Both the position numbers and the translations under genes were made by a program. The notes beneath the pieces were generated by a model. The model was not told the origin of the DNA and made no database searches. It saw only the letters and a list, made by a program, of their open reading frames with translations. A stretch of 64,000 nucleotides of DNA from Flavobacteriales bacterium. Its GTDB lineage: Bacteria; Bacteroidota; Bacteroidia; CAIKAF01. The stretch spans positions 273 to 64,272 of the forward strand of contig JANWWP010000034.1 in NCBI GenBank assembly GCA_025055575.1. Direction: 5' to 3'. Positions 50,174 through 59,223 of the stretch are shown piece by piece (within the stretch, counting starts at the first letter, position 1; every line of letters starts with the position of its first letter).

Positions 50174-51193
50174 TTACCTTTTTAATAAGGATCTTATCCT
50201 AAGTTTAAATAAATTTTTGTTTCCCGGATCAAACCATTTCAAAAAGCCGGATTGAGAGTATAAACGGGCCAAACCCTTTACCGGAAAAGTGGCATTGGTG
50301 CACATATCCCAGCATCTGCGCGCCAAAAAAGGATTGAGCACGGCAGGTTCTGCAGCTTCGGGATTGGGATTTCGGATGATTTTTTGAGCCAATTCCAAAG
50401 CCTCGCGTAGAATGGCGAGGGTACCGGGCTGCTCTAATTGCACAAAGTATTTTTCAAATAAATCAAAAACGGAAGCCTGGTTAAAAATCTGAGGAAAGCA
50501 TTCAGAAAATATTTTTAGCCGGAGTTTGTATTCGGTTTCCAATTGAAGGGGACGTTCCCTGACGCACACCTGTTCCGGGTGAATGCGTCTGAGATAGAGC
50601 ACATCCGGAAGGCTGCAAAGCTCGGTGATTCGGCTCAACCGATAGAAAAAATCAAAGTCTTCCACGTGCAAATACCGTGCATTGAAGCGCAAGGGAAATT
50701 TCTTGAGGAAATCGTGACGAAACATCACGGTAGCATGAGCGATTTTGCAAGAAAACAACAACTGCATTTTCACAAATTCTGGCCGATGGTCATATCGTAC
50801 GTCATAATCCTCCGGATAGCCCAGGGTTCTGAAGGCTGTGCCTACCCCGCCCACGGAAGGATGGCGTTCCAAAAACCGGATTTGTTTTTCAAAACGTTGC
50901 GGCAGGCTGATGTCGTCGGCATCCATACGGGCGATATATTGACCGCGGGCCAGGTCAAGACCTCGGTTGAGCGTGGCCACCAGTTGGAGGTTTTGATTGT
51001 TGGGCAGGTAACGCAGCCGGTCGTCCTTGTAGCTTAAAGCAACATCACGGGTGTTATCCGTGGAGCCATCGTCCAGTAAAAGCAGTTCAAAATCGCCACA
51101 GGTCTGGTTTAAAATGCTTTCAATCGCCTCAGCCAAATATGCCCCGGCATTGTAGGCCGGCATAATCACTGAAATAAGTGGCTGAAAGGACAT
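50174..51193 (-). CDS. glycosyltransferase family 2
   Basis: 'ISVIMPAYNAGAYL' lies at the N-terminus. 'LDDGSTD' and 'ARMDADD' are the DxD motifs. Confidence 0.8.
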   Translation of the reverse strand: MSFQPLISVIMPAYNAGAYLAEAIESILNQTCGDFELLLLDDGSTDNTRDVALSYKDDRLRYLPNNQNLQLVATLNRGLDLARGQYIARMDADDISLPQRFEKQIRFLERHPSVGGVGTAFRTLGYPEDYDVRYDHRPEFVKMQLLFSCKIAHATVMFRHDFLKKFPLRFNARYLHVEDFDFFYRLSRITELCSLPDVLYLRRIHPEQVCVRERPLQLETEYKLRLKIFSECFPQIFNQASVFDLFEKYFVQLEQPGTLAILREALELAQKIIRNPNPEAAEPAVLNPFLARRCWDMCTNATFPVKGLARLYSQSGFLKWFDPGNKNLFKLRIRSLLKR

Positions 51194-51196
51194 ACT

Positions 51197-51616
51197 TCAG
51201 ACAGGTTCGCCCAGATACTCCACAAAATTGTTGGCTGTTTCGTACAGCGTGATTTTGTGGAGACGACAATTGGGCCTGAGCACCAAGGGCTCCAAAATGC
51301 GCCAGATTTCCATAGCCAGTATTTCCGTAGTGGGCATTTTGCCGGCCATAAAAGGGACATCCAAATTGAGATTTTTATGATCCAAGGCTTCCACCACATG
51401 TTCCCGAATCAGCCGACTCAGCTCCTTTAAATCCACCACTAGCCCGGTTTGAGGGTCGGGCTTTCCGGCCACTGTCACGTACAGATCGAAGTTGTGGCCG
51501 TGCCAGTTGGGGTTCGCGCATTTTCCAAAAACTTCAAAATTTTTTTCTGCACTCCAATCCGCGCACCAGAGTTTATGTGCAGCATTGAAGTGTTCTTTGC
51601 GCGTCAGGTAAACCAC
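51197..51616 (-). CDS. queD: 6-carboxy-5,6,7,8-tetrahydropterin synthase QueD (PTPS family)
   Basis: 'FNAAHKL' and 'CANPNWHGHNF' are the zinc ligands (His/His) and the catalytic Cys. The protein is 139 aa. Confidence 0.85.
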   Translation of the reverse strand: MVYLTRKEHFNAAHKLWCADWSAEKNFEVFGKCANPNWHGHNFDLYVTVAGKPDPQTGLVVDLKELSRLIREHVVEALDHKNLNLDVPFMAGKMPTTEILAMEIWRILEPLVLRPNCRLHKITLYETANNFVEYLGEPV

Positions 51617-51656
51617 GGGGCAAAATTATGCAGGAGGCGCAGAGTAATTTTGAAGT

Positions 51657-54131
51657 GTGGCAATCAGGCTGCGACACGGCAGGTGGACAAGGCGTCTTTT
51701 CGCTGTTTTGAAATTCCTATTGGCAGTATCCCTAGCTTCCGTCACGGGAGCCCTTCTGTATATTTTCTTCTTCCTTTCGGATGATATTAAAGCACAAGCT
51801 TTAAGTCTTATCAGCCGGACGGTGCGCACGGAAGTGAGCCTTTCGGAACCTGTATTGGATATTTTTTCCGGTTTTCCTTATGTGGTTTTGGAATTGAATG
51901 ATGTCCGATGCCGCGGACTCAACCTTCCCGGTAAGAGCGGGGATTTGTTTCAAGCCCGGCGCGTGCAGCTCAAATTCAGCGTATGGGACTTTTTTCTGGG
52001 CCAGATTAATTTCAAGAGAATCCGGATGGAAGATGGCTATTTTCATCTCATCCGGCACGAAAGCGGCGGCGCCAATTGGGCCGTTTTCAACACCGATATT
52101 CTTTCGGCAGAAAGTGCAGGACGCGCCCTTTTTTCGATCGATCGGATTGATATCCGGAACATGGCCTTGCGGCTGGAGGATGCGTATCTGCACAATAGGG
52201 CTGTGCTGCGACTGAAATCGCTAGAATTGGCGGGGAATTTTCAGGCTACAGAGCCCGACGTGGTGCTGGAATCCGAAGTGCGACTTGACAGCATGCTTCT
52301 GGCCAACGGGCTCAACCCCACACCGGCAGATTATTCTCTGCTGGCTTCCTTGCAGGCGCAGCCGAATCAAAAAATGTACTGGCTTCGTTCGTGCGAGGTG
52401 CGGAGCGGAAACGAGATGCAACTCCGATTGAACGGGAGAGTGGAGGCTAAAGGCAGCGAAGGCTTCGAAACCTCGGCCGAAGGTTTTCTGGATTTACGCC
52501 GTCAGACCCGTCTGGAGGGTTATCTTCCCTTGAAGGAAGCATCTTGGTCGGAAGGGTTTTCCTTACAAGGGGATCTCCAGGCACGTTTCAATATTCAAGG
52601 CGTGGTAGGGCCTTCCAAAAGTCCTCTTGTCAGCGTGTGGTTTCGTTTGGCCCATGGGCAACTGGGGCGTCATGCCCCAGCCTCTGACAATGTACTGTAT
52701 TGTGTAGCCAGCGGAAGAGGCCGCTTTGAGAGCGGATACTGGCGCCTGGACATACCCTTGTTAGGGATCAGCTCAGAGCAGGGCACCCGGCTGAGCGGAA
52801 GTTTTCGGATGGAAGATGGGCAATCCAGAAAAAAGGCATTATCCCTAAAAGGCAAATTTTCCTTAGAGGATTTGGGCTGGCTCTTAAAATTTCCAGAAAA
52901 CCGACGCCCTTCCGGCGGTCTGGAAGGCAGCTTGTCCCTGCGTGTCGGGGAAAACGGTAAATTTATTCCCGAAGCACGGGTTTATGGACAGAACATAGTA
53001 TTTCCCCTGGGCCATGAAGGCGATACTCTTGTCATGGGCAAAGTGGAAATCCGATCTTCGTCCAGCCAGGCCATTTTTGAGGTGGAACAAGGCCGGTTGA
53101 TGGGCCAGGATTTTTATGCCCGGTTCCATTTTCCGATAAACCCTTCTGAGAATCTTTTTGAAAAAGCAGAGACTTCCGTTCTGGAATTTGACCGGTTCAA
53201 TCTGGCAGATATTAAACCGGGATTTTGGACACAACCTTTCCTGGGGCCTTGGACAGGGTTGGAAGTCCTGATGGCGCTGCCTCCCGGCTGCCGGATTTCC
53301 TCCGAAATCCTGACTTATGAAAATTTTACCGTTCAAGGTGTAGAAGCCAGAAAGTGCACGTCAACGCATAAACGAAATACACTTTTGACTGGCTTCGGCA
53401 AATTTTGCGATGCAGGCGCTGCCTTTAAGTTGGAGTTTCTATCAACGGCCGGAAAGCTCCACTTGGTGGCGACCGCTGTCACAGAGGATATGCGCTCGGT
53501 ATGTCTTTTAAAACCCTTTGCCGAGAATGTCCGAAGCTTTTCTTACCCCGACCTTCTATCCGACAACTGTCGGTTGGCACTCCTCTGTCAATGGTACCTC
53601 CCCCCGCAACGCCCCCCGGCTTTTCGCTGGAAAACGCGCCTGGTGGCGGGCCCGGGCACTCTATCCGGTTCCGATTGGCAACAGGAGCTTGTGTCTATGA
53701 CCGGATGGCCCGAAGGCCGAAAAATCACTTTCCAGAATTTAACCTACGAGGCTTTGGGGGACAGCGGTTCTGTATTTCAGGCCAGGGCCGAACTGCGGCT
53801 AAAAAACTCAGTCGCACGGCTTCTTCATGGTTCATATTATGATTATTGCGAATTGGAGGGAGGCGACAATTATTTAGGGAAAATCAGGTCGTACCTGGAA
53901 TTCAACGTCTCCGAATCTTTGTGGCGGGAGGAAAGCGGACATCTGCTTTTGGCTTTTCCGAAAGGGCCTCATGCGCAAGTACCGGCATTTGGAGCGCTGC
54001 GCCAGGAATGGAACAAGCAAGGGGAGGAATTCGTTGAATTGGACAAAAATCTCCGATTGGAACTTTTAGAGTTTGCATCATGTGATACTTTAAATAGCCA
54101 CGGTTCACAAAAAGGTAAGAAAGCCCATTGA
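51657..54131 (+). CDS. AsmA-family envelope protein
   Basis: An N-terminal TM anchor (LFAVLKFLLAVSLASVTGALLYIFFF) is followed by an AsmA-type N-domain (…FPYVVLELNDVR…). The 824-aa body is long and beta-rich. Confidence 0.55.
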   Translation: MAIRLRHGRWTRRLFAVLKFLLAVSLASVTGALLYIFFFLSDDIKAQALSLISRTVRTEVSLSEPVLDIFSGFPYVVLELNDVRCRGLNLPGKSGDLFQARRVQLKFSVWDFFLGQINFKRIRMEDGYFHLIRHESGGANWAVFNTDILSAESAGRALFSIDRIDIRNMALRLEDAYLHNRAVLRLKSLELAGNFQATEPDVVLESEVRLDSMLLANGLNPTPADYSLLASLQAQPNQKMYWLRSCEVRSGNEMQLRLNGRVEAKGSEGFETSAEGFLDLRRQTRLEGYLPLKEASWSEGFSLQGDLQARFNIQGVVGPSKSPLVSVWFRLAHGQLGRHAPASDNVLYCVASGRGRFESGYWRLDIPLLGISSEQGTRLSGSFRMEDGQSRKKALSLKGKFSLEDLGWLLKFPENRRPSGGLEGSLSLRVGENGKFIPEARVYGQNIVFPLGHEGDTLVMGKVEIRSSSSQAIFEVEQGRLMGQDFYARFHFPINPSENLFEKAETSVLEFDRFNLADIKPGFWTQPFLGPWTGLEVLMALPPGCRISSEILTYENFTVQGVEARKCTSTHKRNTLLTGFGKFCDAGAAFKLEFLSTAGKLHLVATAVTEDMRSVCLLKPFAENVRSFSYPDLLSDNCRLALLCQWYLPPQRPPAFRWKTRLVAGPGTLSGSDWQQELVSMTGWPEGRKITFQNLTYEALGDSGSVFQARAELRLKNSVARLLHGSYYDYCELEGGDNYLGKIRSYLEFNVSESLWREESGHLLLAFPKGPHAQVPAFGALRQEWNKQGEEFVELDKNLRLELLEFASCDTLNSHGSQKGKKAH

Positions 54132-54201
54132 GCTTCACCTCACAACTGGATTTTGAAAACCCGAGCCGGACTTATAGTTTCGTTGCCGTTTTAATTTAAT
54201 A

Positions 54202-55833
54202 ATGGCTTCACAATCGACACCGAACAAAAAACATCCCGCCGGTCTTCCCTACCTGTTTTTTACTGAAATGTGGGAACGCTTCGGCTACTATCTGATGCTG
54301 GGCATCTTCGCCCTCTACATGATGGACAGTGTGGAAAATGGCGGTATGGGCTTCACCAAGCAAAAAAAATCCGACATCTACGGCACCTACATTGGCCTGG
54401 TCTATCTGACCCCCTTTATTGGAGGGCTTTTAGCAGACAGGATATTGGGATACAGAAAATCCATCCTGATCGGCGGTCTTTTGATGGCCCTTGGATATTT
54501 TGGCCTGGCTGTACCCGGCGAGTCGGTTTTTTATTTATCTCTTCTAAGTATTATTCTGGGCAATGGCTTTTTTAAACCCAATATTTCCACTCTTTTAGGG
54601 AATTTGTATAATAATCCGGCCTACATTAAAAATAAAGATGCGGGATATAATATATTTTATGCCGGCATCAACATCGGCGCTTTTTTCTGCAATTTCGTGG
54701 CGGCTTACATGCGCATCAACTATGGCTGGGGCTGGGCTTTCGCGGCGGCCGGGGTGGGGATGGTACTGGGGCTCATCATTTTTTTGGCAGGCACCCGTCA
54801 CATTCGGGAGGGCGACGTCCTAAAGCCGGTACAACCTGGGGATTTAAAGACTTCCCACATTCTGATGGGCACCCTGCTGCCCATGCTGGCTTTTGGTCTA
54901 ATAGGATATTTTATAAAAGGCATCACATCTCCTGAAAATCCCAACGGCAACATTTTTGGCACCGATACCAACGACGCCTTTCTATTTGGTTGCATTCCCG
55001 TGATTTTATTCTTCGTGGTGCTGTTGCTAAAATCTTCGCCCGAAGAAAAAAGACCGGTGGGGGCCTTGCTCTCGGTGTACGCCTGCATTGTGATATTCTG
55101 GGCTGTATTCCATCAAAACGGTGATGCCCTCACCGTGTGGGCCGAGGAATATACTGACCGAGAAATGCCTGCCTCCATATCCCGGCTGATGAGCAGCGTG
55201 GATCTGGCTCAGGTGCTCCGAAACGATCCATCGGATGCACGCAGCTACGCACAATACCAAAAGTATGCTGCCAATCTGCCATTAGAAAGGCAACCGCCTC
55301 CCGGAGGCGAGCTAAAGTTGGTATCCGCAGAATTGTTCCAGAGCGTCAACCCTTTCTGGGTGATTGTGCTCACGCCTGTCATCGTCGGCTTCTTCGGATT
55401 TTTGAGGCGTCGAAATCTGGAACCCTCCACCCCCAGTAAAATTGCCATTGGCTTGGTGATCACGGCCCTGTCCGCCTTGGTGATGGTGGCCGCCGTAAAA
55501 TCTACCAACCTGGCAACGGAGAAAGCTTCCAGCTGGTGGCTCATAGCAGCCTATGGTGTGATCACAGTGGGGGAACTGTGCCTGTCGCCCATGGGCCTTT
55601 CATTGGTTTCCAAGCTGTCTCCACCCCGCATTACGGCCTTAATGATGGGGGGCTTTTTTCTATCTACTTCCGTGGGCAACAAGTTGTCGGGGGTGTTGTC
55701 CGGAATGTGGGAACGCTATGATGACAAATCCCATTTCTTTCTGCTCAACTTTGCCCTGGTGATGGCTGCCGCCCTCATGATGCTGCTGCTTCTGCGCTGG
55801 TTGAATAAAGTGATGAAAGAAAAAAATATTTGA
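54202..55833 (+). CDS. POT/PTR2 family di-/tripeptide:proton symporter
   Basis: The motifs 'FTEMWERFGYYLM' and 'FYAGINIGAF' (PTR2 signature) are present. There are about 14 TM helices, and 'MMGGFFLSTSVGN' lies near the C-terminus. Confidence 0.85.
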   Translation: MASQSTPNKKHPAGLPYLFFTEMWERFGYYLMLGIFALYMMDSVENGGMGFTKQKKSDIYGTYIGLVYLTPFIGGLLADRILGYRKSILIGGLLMALGYFGLAVPGESVFYLSLLSIILGNGFFKPNISTLLGNLYNNPAYIKNKDAGYNIFYAGINIGAFFCNFVAAYMRINYGWGWAFAAAGVGMVLGLIIFLAGTRHIREGDVLKPVQPGDLKTSHILMGTLLPMLAFGLIGYFIKGITSPENPNGNIFGTDTNDAFLFGCIPVILFFVVLLLKSSPEEKRPVGALLSVYACIVIFWAVFHQNGDALTVWAEEYTDREMPASISRLMSSVDLAQVLRNDPSDARSYAQYQKYAANLPLERQPPPGGELKLVSAELFQSVNPFWVIVLTPVIVGFFGFLRRRNLEPSTPSKIAIGLVITALSALVMVAAVKSTNLATEKASSWWLIAAYGVITVGELCLSPMGLSLVSKLSPPRITALMMGGFFLSTSVGNKLSGVLSGMWERYDDKSHFFLLNFALVMAAALMMLLLLRWLNKVMKEKNI

Positions 55834-55849
55834 CCGCCTCCAGTCAGGA

Positions 55850-56812
55850 ATGATTCTTATCACCGGAGCGGCCGGATTCATTGGCAGCTATGTGGCAGGC
55901 AAGCTCAACAGCCACAAAGTGGATGATTTGCTGCTGTGTGACGATTTTTCAGCGCTTACCAAACAAGCCAACTGGCGCACAAAAAAATATGTAGCGCTGC
56001 TGCCAAGAGAACATGTTTTTGAGGATCTCCAAAAGTGGGAGGGTAAAATAGATACCGTCATTCATTTGGGCGCGCGCACCGATACGACCCTCACCGATGA
56101 CCATATTTTTGAAAAGTGGAACCTGGCATTTTCCCAACATCTTTGGAAATACTGTGCCGAACGGCAGATCACCTTTATCTATGCCTCCAGCGCGGCTACT
56201 TACGGTGATGGACGGTTAGGTTACAGCGACCTGACGGCACCGGAATACTTACAGCCTCTCAACGCCTACGCCCGTTCAAAAAACGCTTTCGACAGGTGGG
56301 CCCTGCAGCAGGACAAATTACCGGCCTATTGGGTGGGTCTGAAATTTTTTAATGTGTACGGTCCCAACGAATATCATAAGGGACGTATGGCCTCTGTGGT
56401 ATATCACGGCTACAAGCAAATTGTGCAGGAGGGTATCCTGCGCCTTTTCCGGAGTCATCGGGCGGATGTGCCCGATGGCTGTCAGGCCCGTGATTTCATT
56501 TATGTGGACGATGTGGCCGAAATCATTTGGTTTCTCCTGAAACGGCAGCCCCTGGAGGGCCTCCTGAATGTGGGCACAGGACAAGCGCGCACCTTTCTGG
56601 ATTTGGCAGGGGCCTTATTTTCAACTCTGGATAAAGAACCGCACATACAGTTTGTGGATACCCCGGAAGATATTCGTGCCACTTACCAATATTTCACGGC
56701 CGCAGACCAGGAAAAATTTAAAACCACGGGCTACTCAAAACCTTTTACATCGTTGGAAGAAGGGGTCCGTCGCTACGTGCAACAGTTTTTGATACCTGGC
56801 CTCTATTATTAG
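55850..56812 (+). CDS. hldD: ADP-L-glycero-D-manno-heptose 6-epimerase
   Basis: The NAD(P) Rossmann motif 'MILITGAAGFIGS' and 'ASSAATYG…FNVYGPNEYHKGRMASVV' (YxxxK catalytic region) are present. At 320 aa it matches HldD/RfaD. Confidence 0.8.
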   Translation: MILITGAAGFIGSYVAGKLNSHKVDDLLLCDDFSALTKQANWRTKKYVALLPREHVFEDLQKWEGKIDTVIHLGARTDTTLTDDHIFEKWNLAFSQHLWKYCAERQITFIYASSAATYGDGRLGYSDLTAPEYLQPLNAYARSKNAFDRWALQQDKLPAYWVGLKFFNVYGPNEYHKGRMASVVYHGYKQIVQEGILRLFRSHRADVPDGCQARDFIYVDDVAEIIWFLLKRQPLEGLLNVGTGQARTFLDLAGALFSTLDKEPHIQFVDTPEDIRATYQYFTAADQEKFKTTGYSKPFTSLEEGVRRYVQQFLIPGLYY

Positions 56813-56813
56813 A

Positions 56814-57356
56814 TTGGCGCTTATGCGACAACTGAAACTGGAAGAACTGGGACGGCTGAGCGCCGAAGAAGCGCGCCGCAGCCCCAAGTTGCCTATCTGG
56901 CTGATTTTGGAAAATCTACGAAGCGGCTTTAATGTGGGTTCCTTCTTTAGAACGGCCGATGCATTTGGCATTGAACGAATTGTGCTGTGCGGATTCACAC
57001 CCCAGCCGCCCCACGCGGAAATTCGAAAAGCTGCCCTGGGCGCCGAAGATGTTGTGGCATGGCAGTTTTGTGCCACAGTAGGGGATGTCCCCGAACTTTT
57101 GCCCCCCGGTTTTTTGAAGATAGCTTTAGAGCAAACCGATGTCTCTGTGCCGCTTCACCATTTCAGACCTGGATCCGGGCAGGGCGTGGCCCTGTGGGTG
57201 GGCAACGAAGTGCATGGGCTTTCACAGCAGGCCCTTGACCTTTGCGAATTGGCCCTGGAGATTCCACAGAGGGGCTTTAAGCATTCCCTCAATGTGGCCG
57301 TGGCCGGCGGCATTGCTCTGTGGCATATAAGCCGCCTTTTACAAAGTCCCAAGTAG
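56814..57356 (+). CDS. SpoU/TrmH family RNA 2'-O-methyltransferase
   Basis: The SPOUT motifs are 'LENLRSGFNVGSFFRTADAFG' (motif 1), 'LWVGNEVHGLS' (2) and 'LEIPQRGFKHSLNVAVAGGIAL' (3). Confidence 0.75.
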   Translation: MALMRQLKLEELGRLSAEEARRSPKLPIWLILENLRSGFNVGSFFRTADAFGIERIVLCGFTPQPPHAEIRKAALGAEDVVAWQFCATVGDVPELLPPGFLKIALEQTDVSVPLHHFRPGSGQGVALWVGNEVHGLSQQALDLCELALEIPQRGFKHSLNVAVAGGIALWHISRLLQSPK

Positions 57357-57400
57357 AAATTTGTTTATTGATTTTTTTAATTTTACAGAAATTTTATGGT

Positions 57401-57886
57401 ATGAAAAAAATTGCTGTTATTCTCATATTTTTTATTCATATATCTTTAGGATTTTCTCAGTCCTTGGAGCGTCAGGTGATCAATAGCTTCGGAAACGCTG
57501 TGGTCGCCTCGGGGCTGTATTTTGAACACAACGGCGGGGAAGTCATCACCCAATCTCTGAATGCCGGGGGCATTTGGCTATTGCAGGGTTTTTTGCAGCC
57601 ATCCAAGGAATCCGTCGGACTTCCAGAAGAGGCGGGTCCTGTGATTTCTTGCCCCACTCCGGCTCCGGTGCCCTTCGAAAATACGCTGGAGCTTATGGAC
57701 AACCACATATTGTGGGAAAGAGCATCCCTTCATGATGCCGGTGGCCGGCTTATTTGGCAACGTACGATGCCTTCCAATACCCTTTCTGGACTTCCCGAGG
57801 GTTTGGCTGAGGGCATGTATGTGCTAAAGTTGCATTCCGGCTCCGGCACGTCCTGTGTATATAAATTGTTGCACAAGCGGCTTTAG
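57401..57886 (+). CDS. small secreted protein with a putative T9SS C-terminal sorting domain
   Basis: There is a signal peptide (MKKIAVILIFFIHISLGFSQS). The C-terminal approximately 75 aa, '…LSGLPEGLAEGMYVLKLHSGSGTSCVYKLLHKRL', resembles a por-secretion CTD beta-sandwich ending in K-x-x-K. Confidence 0.4.
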   Translation: MKKIAVILIFFIHISLGFSQSLERQVINSFGNAVVASGLYFEHNGGEVITQSLNAGGIWLLQGFLQPSKESVGLPEEAGPVISCPTPAPVPFENTLELMDNHILWERASLHDAGGRLIWQRTMPSNTLSGLPEGLAEGMYVLKLHSGSGTSCVYKLLHKRL

Positions 57887-57916
57887 AAGATTTAAATCTT
57901 TTTTTCACACATTGTT

Positions 57917-57934
57917 TGTCATTTTTTCATGACA
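57917..57934. promoter_or_regulatory. perfect palindrome TGTCAT-N6-ATGACA about 80 bp upstream of the cytochrome c peroxidase gene; candidate operator
   Basis: TGTCATTTTTTCATGACA is exactly self-complementary at its ends. It lies in an AT-rich promoter region. Confidence 0.35.
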
Positions 57935-58014
57935 GATTGTAGTATTTTCAATTAATTTTCTGTGGAATTCTTTTGGTACAAAATTTTAATACATTCACTT
58001 GAAAATATGGCTTT

Positions 58015-59067
58015 ATGAAACACCAACTTGTACTTCTTTTCTCAATCACTGGCTTTTTGGGATTACATTCCTGTGGTGGGGGAAAGTCCAACGAAGCACA
58101 GCAATCGGCCCAGGCAGAAAATGAAAGATATGACAATTTGCTGAAGGATAAGCTCAATGTCTTTCAACCTCTTCCAGCAGCCGATGCCGGCTTGGATCCC
58201 AAGCTGGTGAACCTGGGTCGCCATTTGTACTTCGATACCCGCCTTTCCAAAAAAGAAACTATTTCCTGCAATTCGTGCCACAACTTGGCCACATATGGGG
58301 TGGATAACAAACCCACCTCGCCCGGGGATGAAGGGAAAAACGGCGACCGCAACAGCCCCACCGTGTACAATGCCTTCCTGCACACGGCACAATTCTGGGA
58401 TGGCCGGGCCGCTCATGTGGAAGAACAGGCCGGAATTCCTATCTTGAATCCCATTGAAATGAATATTCCAAGCGAGAAATTTTTAATGGATCGCCTGGCT
58501 AAAACAGACCTCTATAAACAACTTTTTTCTGAAGCATTTCCTGGTGAAAAGAATCCGTTCACCTATGATAATCTGAAAAAAGCCATTGGCGCATTTGAGC
58601 GCACACTAGTGACCCCCACGCGCTTTGATAAATACCTTGCCGGAGATAAATCGGCGTTAACGCTTGAAGAGAAAAAAGGCCTGATGTCTTTCATTTCCAC
58701 AGGATGTACCACTTGCCATATCGGCCCGGGATTGGGCGGCAATATGTTTCAGAAATTTGGTGTTCATCATCCTTATTGGGAATACACCAAAAGCGCCAAA
58801 ATCGATGAGGGGAAAGCTGCTGTTACAAAAATGGAAGCCGATAAATACGTATTTAAAGTGCCTTCTTTGTACAATGTAGAAAAAACGTATCCTTACTTCC
58901 ATGATGGCAGTGTCAGCGATCTGGGTGAAGCCGTAAAAATCATGGCCAAGGTGCAGCTGAATGTGGACCTGCCGCAAGAAGAGGTGCAAAAGATTGTAAC
59001 CTTTCTTAAAAGTCTGACGGCGGACATTCCAGCCGATATGATGAAGAATCCTTTCCAAGCCTCTTAA
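58015..59067 (+). CDS. di-haem cytochrome c peroxidase (CcpA/MauG family), lipoprotein-type signal
   Basis: There are two CxxCH haem motifs ('CNSCHNL', 'CTTCHIG'). The distal-haem ligand region 'FHDGS' is present. The signal peptide has 'LHSCGG'. Confidence 0.9.
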   Translation: MKHQLVLLFSITGFLGLHSCGGGKSNEAQQSAQAENERYDNLLKDKLNVFQPLPAADAGLDPKLVNLGRHLYFDTRLSKKETISCNSCHNLATYGVDNKPTSPGDEGKNGDRNSPTVYNAFLHTAQFWDGRAAHVEEQAGIPILNPIEMNIPSEKFLMDRLAKTDLYKQLFSEAFPGEKNPFTYDNLKKAIGAFERTLVTPTRFDKYLAGDKSALTLEEKKGLMSFISTGCTTCHIGPGLGGNMFQKFGVHHPYWEYTKSAKIDEGKAAVTKMEADKYVFKVPSLYNVEKTYPYFHDGSVSDLGEAVKIMAKVQLNVDLPQEEVQKIVTFLKSLTADIPADMMKNPFQAS

Positions 59068-59070
59068 GTG

Positions 59071-59133
59071 GCTTTTCAATCGGGCTTGAAAAGGCATCAT
59101 TTTTTGTCCGGACACGTCGTCCGGATTTTTTTT
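59071..59133 (+). terminator. tandem hairpins forming the cytochrome c peroxidase terminator
   Basis: Hairpin 1 is CTTTTCAA-tcgggc-TTGAAAAG (8 bp) at 59072-59093. Hairpin 2 is TCCGGAC-acgtc-GTCCGGA (7 bp) at 59107-59125, followed by T8. The second is a classic rho-independent terminator. Confidence 0.7.
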
Positions 59134-59223
59134 ATTTCTCTTTTGTTCCCTGATATTTTTTATAAACCGTTTTTATGGGCTCAGATTTTCGAGCCGGAGT
59201 TCTTGTGGGTGGAATATCGAAGG

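Noticed and set aside
57887-57906. AAGATTT/AAATCTT palindrome + T-run after the small CTD-protein gene, as a terminator
   Set aside because: The stem is AT-only with no loop, so it is thermodynamically very weak. I noted it but did not annotate it as a confident terminator.
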